Virus record (IMG/VR): IMGVR_UViG_2619619233_000003
Coordinates: 1 to 64,000 of that record
Source: a virus
Lineage: Duplodnaviria > Caudoviricetes
Direction: 5' to 3' (one strand)
Length of the DNA stretch: 64,000 nt
Shown here one piece after another: positions 8,901 to 17,733 of this stretch. A program made the translations under genes and the position numbers. Position 1 is the first letter of the stretch. Each line of letters begins with the position of its first letter. Below the pieces are notes generated by a model. The model saw only the letters and a program-made list of their open reading frames with translations. It searched no databases and was not told the origin of the DNA.

Positions 8901-9323
8901 CAGCAGATTGCCGATGACGCTGACGCCAAGACCGATAATGCCAGCCCACGCCTGTGCGCCGAGACCGAAGGTGCCCGCGAGACCTGCACCCCAGAATTGG
9001 CCGAGCGCGACGGCCGCGATTGCAACAACGATCTGAAGGATGGACTTAAGGGCATTCTTGCCGGGAACAAGGCGGATGACGACGCGCACGCCTTCACGCG
9101 GCCGGACGCTGTGCCAATGTTCGTGCGGCACGATAATCGAACCGCGTTCGCTGACCAGCGCCACCCGGCAATACCGCATATCGGCAGGCTGCAAATCCGG
9201 CAGCGCTGCCTTGACGATCTCCGCAACGGTGCTGCCGAGCGCCATGAACATGTCGATGCGCCCGGCTGCGGGGTCGATCATCGGGGCTGCGAGGACGGGT
9301 ATGACGCCCTTTTGAACGGTCAT
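5979..9323 (-). CDS. Host-specificity / central tail tip protein (TipJ-like)
   Basis: ATG at 9323 (MTVQKG), 1114 aa; VPLVLG, LRVKATHQLNG and TSSPA motifs; C-terminal carbohydrate-binding-like domain. Confidence 0.85.
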   Translation of the reverse strand: MTVQKGVIPVLAAPMIDPAAGRIDMFMALGSTVAEIVKAALPDLQPADMRYCRVALVSERGSIIVPHEHWHSVRPREGVRVVIRLVPGKNALKSILQIVVAIAAVALGQFWGAGLAGTFGLGAQAWAGIIGLGVSVIGNLLINALIPPPKPETLEAENRYTITGWRNRLEPDGAVPLVLGTVRYAPPFGAYTYTEIVGDWQYLVCMFCFGYGPLTLSGFRVGDTDISEYDEVEMEVREGRPGDAPLSLFPRQIVEESIGAELLKPLPRDDLGEVIEGGAATEEPVVRTTGADASGASVILAWPAGLLRYNDEGKANAHVVRVRIEQRPIDAEGWQPVTVIEVNARKLEAFYRQHTWNFPTRGRWQVRCVMETAETTDTKIQQRTTWAALQTIRPEYPLNFPQPLALVSLRVKATHQLNGQLDNFNALVSRPCLDYDHTSGQWIERATSSPASLYRYVLQSPSNPKAATDSAIDLEALAEWHDLCRVKGLRYDRAIEDKSTTMRDLLTEIAAAGRASPRHDGLKWSVTIDRPDKLLVDHVSPRNSYDLRVSRSYVEPPDGFRVQFLDATNDFKAAERIVPWPGKEGAEMRLVETLEMPGKVWPDEIYRETRRRMYEAMHRPDVYTVSQDGPIRVATRGDLVQLSSDIINRVQVAARIKSVSGRLIEIDEQVTMEAGKNYAIRFRSGLTEADTIGVSVIRTVQTVAGERSSLIVNGDGDMPLAGDLLHFGEASTVDYALVVTGVEAGEDFSSHLRLVDAAPVIDQLVDAEDIPAWSGRSGTEIDQSGLIPPAPRFTSIRSGVSGTGVANRIDYLIEPGSGPVGSASFEIDHRQIGTTVWTTLTIPAANGGGSLTAYSNGTGLHMRARAFSATGKPGPYTAVTAFVVGADDAALPGGLPEGDIAIGALLGGAVVQFLTSDDTAVTRVQLYRSTSPSLNRDTDRAGIVSVEPSRSYSVPVGDTTRQNLLINGGFDSADTWTLGTGWAVGSGKATKTAGTASAVSQPLAVTAGSYYRLGFTLSGVTAGNITPRLTGGTTVNGAARAANGMFSDRVQVVSGNNTFGLNASATFAGALDDVFAYLETATCLAQGVHYFWLEPQNSDGVAGPISGPFTVTIR

Positions 9324-9769
9324 CAAAGCCCCCTCGAAACCAGTTCGACATGGCGGTAAGTGCCGGTCAGGCGATGCCCCCAAGCACCCGACCGGTAGCT
9401 TTCGACCTTGGCGCAGTCGTCTTCCGCGACGTGGATCATCAGTCCGTGATGAATGACGATACCGACATGGGTATCGAGGCGGCCGCGACGGAAGACCGAG
9501 ATATCGAAGGCGATGGCCGTGCCGGTTACCGGTAGCCAGAGCGGCGATGCAGTCGCACCCGACACCAGCGCGGCAATCTCGCCATGCTCTTCTACGGAGG
9601 CATAGCCGAGATATTCCGGCAGCTTGATGCCAAGCTCTTCGCGGTAGATTGTGCAGGCCAGCCCCCAGCAATCGCAGCCGTCACGATCCCGGCCGAACTC
9701 GCGATATGGCAGGCCGACAAAACGGTCGCTCCAGTGTTCCTGTCTTGCGCTGGAATTTCTAACGTTCAT
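9323..9769 (-). CDS. NlpC/P60 tail tip protein (gpK-like)
   Basis: GRDRDGCDCWGL...HVGI...MIH motifs. Confidence 0.88.
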   Translation of the reverse strand: MNVRNSSARQEHWSDRFVGLPYREFGRDRDGCDCWGLACTIYREELGIKLPEYLGYASVEEHGEIAALVSGATASPLWLPVTGTAIAFDISVFRRGRLDTHVGIVIHHGLMIHVAEDDCAKVESYRSGAWGHRLTGTYRHVELVSRGL

Positions 9770-10290
9770 CTGTGCAGCCCCGGAAACGTGCGCGCCGACA
9801 TCCGCCCGCCCGGAACCAGTTCCAGTTCGATTTCTTCGCGGGTGATGGAGAGGGAAATTTCCCCGGCATCGATGTCGGCCGACACAATGTTAAGGTCGGT
9901 GTATTCCGCCTCGATCAGGTTCGGTGACGAGGCCAAAACCACGGCCATGTGGATGGTGGCAGGCGTTGTGAAGGAACGCACCACATTGACCATTTCCTGA
10001 TCCAGATTTTCGAGGATTAGGGTTGCGGCCGCTGGCGCGTCCTCCTGATCGGACGGCAAAAGCGTTGAGGCGACCACCCAGAGGAATGGTTCGGTGATCG
10101 GGTTTGCGCCGCGCCATGTCGAACGGGTGCCGTAATAGAGCGGGTCGGATGAAAGACGTTCGGTGTTGTCGGTCGAAAGGCGTATTGGCTTGACGAGTTC
10201 AGGATGCTCGATCTCGAACAGCGCAACATAGATTTCCGATGTGGCCTGCGCATCCTGCATCACGCGGGCGTTAAAACTCACGCGTCTCAT
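9766..10290 (-). CDS. Minor tail protein (DUF1833-like)
   Basis: ATG at 10290; IEHPEL..PIRL and FPGL motifs; position in the tail tip module. Confidence 0.75.
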   Translation of the reverse strand: MRRVSFNARVMQDAQATSEIYVALFEIEHPELVKPIRLSTDNTERLSSDPLYYGTRSTWRGANPITEPFLWVVASTLLPSDQEDAPAAATLILENLDQEMVNVVRSFTTPATIHMAVVLASSPNLIEAEYTDLNIVSADIDAGEISLSITREEIELELVPGGRMSARTFPGLHR

Positions 10291-10709
10291 GGCATCACCT
10301 CGACGGAAAATGACTTCCGAAACTCGGTTCCCTGCACCGTCTCTGTCGGCAGGTTTGCGCCAAAGGTGACGAGCCAACGCCGGGCCATGACGATGGGATG
10401 GCCGTCGCTGGTCATCAGCGGCGCGCCGTCACTGGTTCCAAGCGCCCATCCTTCCGTGGTCGGGTCAGGCATCCAGAACAGCAGCGATCCTTCCTTCAGG
10501 TCATGATGGAAGAAGCGGTCGAAAAGCTCTTTCTGGTTCCGGTCGAGAACAACGGACATGGAGACCGTTTTCGAGGCGGAGGAAAAACGGCGGCGGTAGC
10601 TCACCGGGCCGGCGTCAGAACGGCGCTTCAGGCGGGCATCCTGCGGGGCCGACTGCCATGTGTTGCGTTCTGGACGCGGGAGAGCGGGAGGCCAGACGAG
10701 GACTACCAT
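10287..10709 (-). CDS. Distal tail-like minor tail protein
   Basis: Follows the tape measure; WPxxLP, GP..RRR and LxxGSxxFxMPDP pattern. Confidence 0.7.
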   Translation of the reverse strand: MVVLVWPPALPRPERNTWQSAPQDARLKRRSDAGPVSYRRRFSSASKTVSMSVVLDRNQKELFDRFFHHDLKEGSLLFWMPDPTTEGWALGTSDGAPLMTSDGHPIVMARRWLVTFGANLPTETVQGTEFRKSFSVEVMP

Positions 10710-13700
10710 CGGCGCACCGCCTGACGCTTCACGCCGAACTCACCCTGAATGGCACGATTGGCGGGATTGCCGGGCTGGCGGATCGCAGCCGCCATCTGCC
10801 TGCCGATGGTAATGACCGGCTGACGATTGCCGTGCTGGTCGGTCTGCTCTTCGTACTGGACTTCCGATGAACCGTAATTGTTGATGATAGGCGCGTTGCG
10901 GACATTGGAGTTTGGCGCGAAGGACGCGCCGCCGCCTGCGGTGGCGTTTCCGCCCCGCCAGGGCGAGACATCGACAATACCGCCGGTGTCATAACCGCGC
11001 TTGCCAAGCCGCATAGCATCGACGACAGCCGGGCCCCCGGCGCGGGCAACGTCACGCTGCGACCAGACGACCTCGCCGGCGTGGACCACACCACGCGGCT
11101 CATGCACGCCGCCGGGGCCGGTATATCCGCCCTCGGAGAACAGACCGCCCGTGATTGCGCCGGATGCGATCCCTGCCCATTGGGTGCCGGCACCATTGGT
11201 GAGGTTGCCCCAAAAGTTGCCAAAGAGACTGGAGAGGCCACCGCCGCCCGCCGCTGACGGCGCGGATGGAAACAGGCCGCTGAGGTTCTTGCCGAACTGG
11301 TCGAAGCCGGCGCCAAGAGTGCCGAGGCCCTGTGTCGCCGTGCCGGAAGCGCCGGCAAGGCTGCTAAGTGCGTCCGTCGCACGGCGGGCCTGAAGGTCGG
11401 TCGCATTGATCCATCCGGTTCCAACGCCGTTCTTGTAGTTTCCGGACAGCATCTCAAGCTGAAGCTGCCCGTTCGTCATGCGGCTCTGGCCGGTGGCAAA
11501 ACCAACGTGGCCGCCTGCCTGGTTGGCGGAAAGGCCGCGGGACTGAACCAGCACGTCACCGCGCAGGATTTTCGATGGATCGACGGACGTTCCCCAGTTG
11601 AGGAAGGAATTGGCCGTCAGCGAGCCGCTGCCATCCACGCCGATCTGTTTGAGCGCCGAATTGACGAAACCGGCACACCATGCCGTCTGCGCCGCGTCGA
11701 TATCGACACCGCCCTTGCTCAGGAAGGAATTGATATCAAGACGATTGCCAGTCTCGGTTGAGCCGAGTAGCGAGGAGGCAAGATCGACGGCGTTACCGGT
11801 GGATGCAACGGAACCGGGAAACCGGACAACATTCGAGTTGTCATTGGCAGCGCCGCCGAGCAGCCCACTGAGGCCGCCAGCGACACTGCCATTGATCATG
11901 ACCGTTGCAGCATTGACGGACATGGTGCCGACCGACTGGCCCATGACGCTGCTGACGAGGGATTTCGGGTCGGCGGCGCCCTTGCCACCGAACAGTCGCG
12001 AAACAATGCCGCCTAGACCGCCGACATCCGCCATCGTCGGATCGTCGCCACCCAGAAAGGCGTTCTTTATCGGGTTCTTGATTGCCAGCTCGGAAAACAG
12101 GCCCTTGATCTCATCCGCCACGCTTTCCAGCGCGCCGGAAAAGTCGCCGTCAAGCAGCTTGTCGATACCCTCATCGATGGCGCTGCCGGCAGCCGACTTC
12201 ACAGTGTCCCATGCTTCCGCCTGGCGCTCGATCTGACGGTTGAGTGTCGCCATGGCATCGGCCTGGTCGCGCATGGCTGTTGCAAGACTGCTGTTGGTGT
12301 CGATGCCGTCGCGGCGGATCCGCTGTTCAACCTCGAGCAGGGCGTTCGCCCGCTCCTGGACGAGGGCGTTTTCGCCGATCAACGCCTGCTCAAGACGCAG
12401 CTGCTGGAGCTTCTCCTGGTTGCCGCGCAGATATTCCTGGGCGGATGCCAGCTTTTCCTGTTGCGCCAACGCGGCATAGCCGTCGCGCAAGGCGGCAATC
12501 TGGCGCTCCAGTTGTGCTTTTTCGGCACCTTCAGCTATGGCTGCTGCGGCGATTAACGGTCGCAGCGTCAGTTCCTCCTGAAGCATGCGGTTGGCATCGG
12601 ACGCGGTGACAGCACCGGATGCCACAAGCGAATTGAGGCGAGCCCGGGTTTCTACCTCGTCCCGCATGTCAGCGGCCTGGGACTTTGCCCCGGCTATGGT
12701 TTCCTCAACGACACGGTTACGGGCGCGAGCAGCTGCAGCATCTACCTCTGCGGACGACTTTTCCTGATCGGCCAGTTCAAGGCGGGCGCGGCGGGCTTCC
12801 AGTTCGGCACGCAGGAGCGGATTGCGCTCGTTGGCAATCTGGACGTCGAGGCGATCCAGTTCTATGGCGCGGCCCTGGCTGTTGACGAGAGCATCGAGGG
12901 CGCGCTTTTTCGCCTCGATCGCGGCTTCATTCTGTCCGGCATCGATGCTGCCGATCCCGCGAGCGCTTTCCATCGCTGCGATATCATTACGCAGTTTTTG
13001 TTCTTGAAGAGCGCGGGCGTTAGCTGGCGATGATTCGTAGAGAGAGACGGCGGCGGTGCTGCGCCGGTTTTCCTCTGCCTTTCGCTTTCGTTCTTCAGCG
13101 TCTGCATCGCGCTGCCGCTTTTCCGCGCGCAGTTCTTCCAATCTCGAGGCATCGGAATTTGCGGTAATGTTGGCGGGATTGAGCAGATCGAGGAAGCCTA
13201 GCCCGCTAGTGAGCCGCTTCTGCGCGGCCTCGGCGTCTGCGATCTGCTCTTCCAATGTTGGACCGGAGATGCGCTTGTCCAGAAAGCTACCGACATTATC
13301 AAAGGCGTTGCTTGCGTTTCGCGCCACAAATGCCCAGGCGCGGCCAAGGGCGGTTGTCGCCTCGCTGGCGGTGGCTAGCTGGTCGGGCAATGCCTTCAGA
13401 AGAACGGACTGCGCTTCCGACTGGCGGTTCTGCGCGGCAAGGTTCGAAGCGTGGCGGGCGGTTGCCGCGTTGATCAAGCCGTATTTCTGGTAAAGGGTCT
13501 CGGCCGCCTTGGCAGGATCGGCGAACATTTCCGCAAGCATCGTGCCGGCTTCATCGGCCGTGACACCCAAGGTTGCCCCGAAATCCTTGCTGATGGTGAT
13601 CAGGCTTTCGAAGTTTTCCGTGCCGATCCGGCCCGTGCGCAGGAACTGGGCCTCCATCGAGCGGGCGGACGAGACCGAGATCCCGGCGGCGCTGGCGCCA

Positions 13701-14431
13701 GCTCGTGCGGCTGCCTCCATCTCGTCACGACTGCCGGCGACTGCGCGACCAAGGCCGGACGCCGCGGTTTCGACTTCTTTCATGGACTGGAGATAGCCGT
13801 TGTAAGCCACCGCGCCCGTTACGGCGGCTGCAGCAAGGCCCGCCATACCCACGGTCAGCGGAGTGACGGCGCGGGATGCGCCGGCCGCGATCGTACGGAA
13901 ATCCTTCAAAGCCGTGTTGATGCCGTCTGGACCGGTATAAAGCTGTGCGATCTGCGGACCCTGCTGGGCGGCGATCATGCCAAGAGGCATTCCGCCGGCG
14001 AGCGACTGGAAGATATCAAAACCCTGGTAGGTGAGATTTGTTCGCCGAGCGCTGTCTCTCCGCGCATTATCGTTGGCCGAGTCCTCTGGCGGTCGCGGAT
14101 TTTGCGGAGGGCGCGGATTACGTGGCTGCGGTACCGGCGTGACGGGATCGGAGGTGGGAAGCGTCGGTGCAGGGCGTGCACCCGTGGCGCGCTGCGCATC
14201 CTCGCGCAGTTTCTTCTCCTCGTTTGCAAGCGCGCGGTTGGCCTGGGCAAGACGCTTGGCGGCTTCCGCGTCCTTCTCCATGGCGGCTGCATGGGCATTG
14301 AGCGCCCGCGCGCCTCGGTCAGCCTCGGTCGAGACCGCTGAAACGTCCTGGCGTGCTTCGTTGGTAGCGGCCTTGAGCTGGGAAGCATCGCCCGTAAAGA
14401 TCAGCGCAAACTTGGGGAGATGATTAGTCAT
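10703..14431 (-). CDS. Tail tape measure protein with a C-terminal CHAP/NlpC-like domain
   Basis: 1242 aa Ala-rich coiled coil with QQGPQI motif; AWCAGFVN...GHVGF; GGYTGPGG...HAGE C-terminus. Confidence 0.9.
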   Translation of the reverse strand: MTNHLPKFALIFTGDASQLKAATNEARQDVSAVSTEADRGARALNAHAAAMEKDAEAAKRLAQANRALANEEKKLREDAQRATGARPAPTLPTSDPVTPVPQPRNPRPPQNPRPPEDSANDNARRDSARRTNLTYQGFDIFQSLAGGMPLGMIAAQQGPQIAQLYTGPDGINTALKDFRTIAAGASRAVTPLTVGMAGLAAAAVTGAVAYNGYLQSMKEVETAASGLGRAVAGSRDEMEAAARAGASAAGISVSSARSMEAQFLRTGRIGTENFESLITISKDFGATLGVTADEAGTMLAEMFADPAKAAETLYQKYGLINAATARHASNLAAQNRQSEAQSVLLKALPDQLATASEATTALGRAWAFVARNASNAFDNVGSFLDKRISGPTLEEQIADAEAAQKRLTSGLGFLDLLNPANITANSDASRLEELRAEKRQRDADAEERKRKAEENRRSTAAVSLYESSPANARALQEQKLRNDIAAMESARGIGSIDAGQNEAAIEAKKRALDALVNSQGRAIELDRLDVQIANERNPLLRAELEARRARLELADQEKSSAEVDAAAARARNRVVEETIAGAKSQAADMRDEVETRARLNSLVASGAVTASDANRMLQEELTLRPLIAAAAIAEGAEKAQLERQIAALRDGYAALAQQEKLASAQEYLRGNQEKLQQLRLEQALIGENALVQERANALLEVEQRIRRDGIDTNSSLATAMRDQADAMATLNRQIERQAEAWDTVKSAAGSAIDEGIDKLLDGDFSGALESVADEIKGLFSELAIKNPIKNAFLGGDDPTMADVGGLGGIVSRLFGGKGAADPKSLVSSVMGQSVGTMSVNAATVMINGSVAGGLSGLLGGAANDNSNVVRFPGSVASTGNAVDLASSLLGSTETGNRLDINSFLSKGGVDIDAAQTAWCAGFVNSALKQIGVDGSGSLTANSFLNWGTSVDPSKILRGDVLVQSRGLSANQAGGHVGFATGQSRMTNGQLQLEMLSGNYKNGVGTGWINATDLQARRATDALSSLAGASGTATQGLGTLGAGFDQFGKNLSGLFPSAPSAAGGGGLSSLFGNFWGNLTNGAGTQWAGIASGAITGGLFSEGGYTGPGGVHEPRGVVHAGEVVWSQRDVARAGGPAVVDAMRLGKRGYDTGGIVDVSPWRGGNATAGGGASFAPNSNVRNAPIINNYGSSEVQYEEQTDQHGNRQPVITIGRQMAAAIRQPGNPANRAIQGEFGVKRQAVRRW

Positions 14432-14700
14432 TCCCGCGCCTCATTAAACGCCGAGAGCGCCCCGCGCTCCATTTCCTGCAGATCGAGAAAGATGTCTCTC
14501 GGTACATCGAGGAGATCGAACAGCGCTTTCACGCCCTCGTATTTGAGGCCGATCCAGATGAAGCCTGCCATGGTCGTGATGACGTTCCACTGCGTCTCAC
14601 AACGTAGAAACATCGTCAGGCTATCCCAGTTGACATGCCACACGGCAAAGGCCTCATCATTTGCGGGGGGAACGGCGTCCGGCTCAATCCGGAGGCCCAT
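14428..14700 (-). CDS. Tail assembly chaperone gpT-like (DUF1799), C-terminal part of a -1 frameshift product
   Basis: TQW...GLKY...MERGAL motif. The frame stays open back to the slippery site at 14802-14808. Confidence 0.8.
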   Translation of the reverse strand: MGLRIEPDAVPPANDEAFAVWHVNWDSLTMFLRCETQWNVITTMAGFIWIGLKYEGVKALFDLLDVPRDIFLDLQEMERGALSAFNEARE

Positions 14701-14798
14701 TTTTTCGAAGTCGGATGCTATGTCCTGATCAATGGTGACGGGTGCGCTGTGGTCCGTCCGGCCAAGTCTGGCAAGCGCCCAGGCGCGGCCCGCCTCCC

Positions 14799-15173
14799 TC
14801 AGTTTCCCAGGCGGGCTTCCTCGCCATGAAGGCTTTCGTTGTAGGCGGCATAAACACCGACGCGGAACCAGGCGAACTGGATTGCCTGTCGGAAGCTTTT
14901 CTCACTGAAGACAGTGGCATTGCCTTCGCCATCGACAACGTCGTCCCAGCCCTTGCAGACCTTTAGCAACTGGTTGTGCTCGTGATCGGCACGTTCGCGT
15001 GCCGTCTTCAGCTCCGCATACTTGTCCTGTGCGGCAATGGCTTCTTCACGGGTTTCGGCTTCAAACAGCATTCTGAAACGCTGTTCGACGATTTTGCCAG
15101 GGTTCTGCTGGTCCGGAACGCGAACCGTGACCGGCCAGAGATAGCGGTATTTTTCGACAAGCTGGAATTTCAT
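14799..15173 (-). CDS. Tail assembly chaperone gpG-like
   Basis: Lies between the tail tube and tape measure genes; ends ARLGN over G GGA AAC. Confidence 0.8.
   Translation of the reverse strand: MKFQLVEKYRYLWPVTVRVPDQQNPGKIVEQRFRMLFEAETREEAIAAQDKYAELKTARERADHEHNQLLKVCKGWDDVVDGEGNATVFSEKSFRQAIQFAWFRVGVYAAYNESLHGEEARLGN
14802..14808 (-). other. Programmed -1 frameshift heptamer GGGAAAC
   Basis: X XXY YYZ pattern. The -1 frame reads KLREAGRAWALARLG...MGLRIE into DUF1799; the same site is conserved at 56032-56038. Confidence 0.85.
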
Positions 15174-15223
15174 GAGAGTTTCTCCGGGCCTTAAGGAAGG
15201 TTTGAAGCGGCCTTGAGGCCGCC

Positions 15224-16153
15224 TCAGCGAACGATGATCTGCAGTTCGTCGAGGCCCGTGACCGGGCAGAGCGAAAGCGGGAGGCTGTAATTGATGATGC
15301 CGTTGGTCTGGCCCTGCGTCGGCCTGCCGACCTCGATGGCAGGAGCATTCACCTCGACAATGTTGCCTGCCGGTTTCCCGTGAATAAGAGAAAGGGAACC
15401 GCGGGTGCGGTTCAGTGCTCGGTCGAACCAGTTGATTTCGGAAAGGGCGCGCGCCTCGACAACAGCCGTTCCTGTCGAGCTGCGATCGGAGATCAGTATT
15501 TTTTCGTCACCGATCAGGAAGCGCGGGGTAAGCACGTTGCCAAGATCGAGCGAAAGACTTTCGGCAACCGAACTCCATCCATGCAGCGACATGGTGGTGT
15601 TTGCTTTCGAGACGTGTACCGGCGTTGTCCATCCGGCCATGGAAACGGCAGGCATCGCACCAACATCCGTGATGGTGCCAAGCAGGCCGAGATAGGTCAC
15701 GCGGTAGTGCGGGATCGTGGACGGAACGAAACTCGGGGCGATGTTGGCCTGTCCGCCAAGCAGCACGTGCTGGACCTTGTCGCTGACGAAATAGAGCGAT
15801 CCCGATTCCACCGCATCCTCGACGATGTCGTAGGTCACGGAGACACCGGCTTCGACCGTCTCGCTCATACCGGCGGCGCGAAGGACGGAACCGTATTTCG
15901 GGACCGTGCCGGCAGCACCCGCGCCGGCGATTTCGATATCGAACTCGATACGGGCATAGATACCGGCCAGCACAACGCCCTGATTGCCCATATAGGGCAG
16001 CAGCAGATCACGGCTGACTTCCTGACCCTCGATCGGCGTGAAGGTGACATTGGAGCCGATGATCGCGTCAGCGGCCAGCGGCGCAGCGTCGGTACCGTAC
16101 GTTGCTTCGAGCTTGTGGAGCATGGCGAGTTTGCGCCATCTGCGAACGGCCAT
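15224..16153 (-). CDS. Major tail tube protein
   Basis: 309 aa, ExTYGxD N-terminus, homologous to 56684-57616. Confidence 0.85.
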   Translation of the reverse strand: MAVRRWRKLAMLHKLEATYGTDAAPLAADAIIGSNVTFTPIEGQEVSRDLLLPYMGNQGVVLAGIYARIEFDIEIAGAGAAGTVPKYGSVLRAAGMSETVEAGVSVTYDIVEDAVESGSLYFVSDKVQHVLLGGQANIAPSFVPSTIPHYRVTYLGLLGTITDVGAMPAVSMAGWTTPVHVSKANTTMSLHGWSSVAESLSLDLGNVLTPRFLIGDEKILISDRSSTGTAVVEARALSEINWFDRALNRTRGSLSLIHGKPAGNIVEVNAPAIEVGRPTQGQTNGIINYSLPLSLCPVTGLDELQIIVR

Positions 16154-16156
16154 GGT

Positions 16157-16294
16157 TTACTTTCCTTTCCGTGCGGTCTGGACGGCCGGGGCCTGTGGCT
16201 TCTCTTCAGCCGGTGCCTCGATCGTGACCTTGGTGATTTTCCGGGTGTCTGTATCGCGGGTGTAGCGCCCGCCTTCACTTGGTCTGTCTTTCAC
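16157..16294 (-). CDS. Small tail-region protein (45 aa)
   Basis: GTG coupled to the upstream stop; GGRY motif; positional counterpart at 57609-57782. Confidence 0.6.
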   Translation of the reverse strand: MKDRPSEGGRYTRDTDTRKITKVTIEAPAEEKPQAPAVQTARKGK

Positions 16295-16716
16295 TCTTTG
16301 CTCTCCTGGTAGTGAGCCGTGCCGAAAGTCTCCTGCCACCAGACAACGCCGCCTCTGGCTTTCACCAATTCGCCGTCGATGTGCTGAAGCGGTTCTTCGC
16401 CGTCACCTGGCTCGAAACCAACAAGCTGCTCGCGCACGAAGCGATAAAGGCTCTCCAGCTCGTCAGCGCCGTCCTCGTAGAGAGGCGAGGTCAGGTTTTC
16501 GAAGATGATGACGACACCGACATCACTTTCGGTTTTCTGCAGGATCGCGCCGGTAGCCCGCTGGTTCGGTGACGACGCCGCCCTCACAGGAATGACAAAG
16601 GCTGCCGGCATGCCCGTCGGTCTGTCTTTCAAGGAGGCAAGCGAAACGGCACCTTCGACCAGGGCGAATGGCGTTCCTTGCGCTGCTCGCAGACGATGCT
16701 GAATTGCCGAGATCAT
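16291..16716 (-). CDS. Tail terminator (Mu gp37-like)
   Basis: PAAFV...LVGFEP...WWQETF pattern; synteny. Confidence 0.75.
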   Translation of the reverse strand: MISAIQHRLRAAQGTPFALVEGAVSLASLKDRPTGMPAAFVIPVRAASSPNQRATGAILQKTESDVGVVIIFENLTSPLYEDGADELESLYRFVREQLVGFEPGDGEEPLQHIDGELVKARGGVVWWQETFGTAHYQESKE

Positions 16717-17297
16717 TGGGCACCTCCGACAGTCCGGTAGTGTTCGGCAATGATCTCAGCGATCTCGGCGCGGTCGGCGTCATCAATCCCGAGATATGGG
16801 CGCGCCGGCATCGTGATCTTGTGGGCCGAGACAGTGACGTCGCGCGCGAAATTCGACCGGCGCTTCGTGCGGAACCGCTGATCGAAGGTGTCGGTTTTCG
16901 CATCATAGTGCTGAAAGATGGTCTGCTGGCGCTCCGGCATCTCGATCTCGCCGCCGAGCTGGTGGATCGCCGCATAAGGTAGGTTCGACCCAATCATCAG
17001 CTGATCGTCGATGACATCGTGGAAGATGCTTTGCTCAAGGCGACGGGAAACGCGCAGGATATTGTTGTAACCGCGCTCGCGGCCGTTGATGCGCCTCCTG
17101 GCGGTGCGGGGTGACAGTCGCTGCCAGCGCTGGCCATTCGGGGCAGTTTCGCGCTCGAAACGGCGCTGGGTGGCTGTCAGCAGATAAGCGCCGATTGCGT
17201 CGAGCGCCTCGGCGCGCCGATCGGTGGCGTCGTCGATGCGATCGAGCGCCTGCAGACTGCTGTCCTCGACGACAAGTGTGATCCCCTTCGATGCCAT
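16713..17297 (-). CDS. Virion morphogenesis protein (Mu gpG/tail completion)
   Basis: RFERETAPNGQRW, GSNLPYAAIHQLGG and PARPYLG motifs. Confidence 0.9.
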   Translation of the reverse strand: MASKGITLVVEDSSLQALDRIDDATDRRAEALDAIGAYLLTATQRRFERETAPNGQRWQRLSPRTARRRINGRERGYNNILRVSRRLEQSIFHDVIDDQLMIGSNLPYAAIHQLGGEIEMPERQQTIFQHYDAKTDTFDQRFRTKRRSNFARDVTVSAHKITMPARPYLGIDDADRAEIAEIIAEHYRTVGGAQ

Positions 17298-17298
17298 A

Positions 17299-17733
17299 TC
17301 AGTAATCCCTCAGGCTATCGCGGGTGAACACACGGCCGGGTGCGGAGGCTCGAACCGAACCGCCACCCGCCTGTGCCGGCGTCACGCCCTCGGCATCGAG
17401 ACCAACAAGCCCTTTGGCAACATCCTTCAGCCAGGCGTGGGCTTCGTTGTAGGCGCGTTCGATAGGGCCGTCTTTCTCGGCCGCCTTGCCGTGCAGGTAA
17501 TAGCGCGCGATATCGGCGGCGAACTTCGGCAACACGGCAGGAACGACCGAGAGTGGCAGGCGGTAAAGCTTGCCGACATAGCTGTCGATAAAGGCAGAGG
17601 CGTCCTGACAGGCTCGCTCGACGGTCACGTCGTTCATCGTGGTCGCGGGTTTGTTGACTTCGTCCGTCAACTGGGTGAGTTCCTTTTCCCATCCCCGCTC
17701 GATCATGCCTTGCTTGGCGATATAGGTCATCAA
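17299..17733 (-). CDS. Head-tail adaptor (Mu gp36/DUF1320)
   Basis: ASAFIDSYV...YRLPL...DIARYYL motifs. Confidence 0.88.
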   Translation of the reverse strand: MMTYIAKQGMIERGWEKELTQLTDEVNKPATTMNDVTVERACQDASAFIDSYVGKLYRLPLSVVPAVLPKFAADIARYYLHGKAAEKDGPIERAYNEAHAWLKDVAKGLVGLDAEGVTPAQAGGGSVRASAPGRVFTRDSLRDY

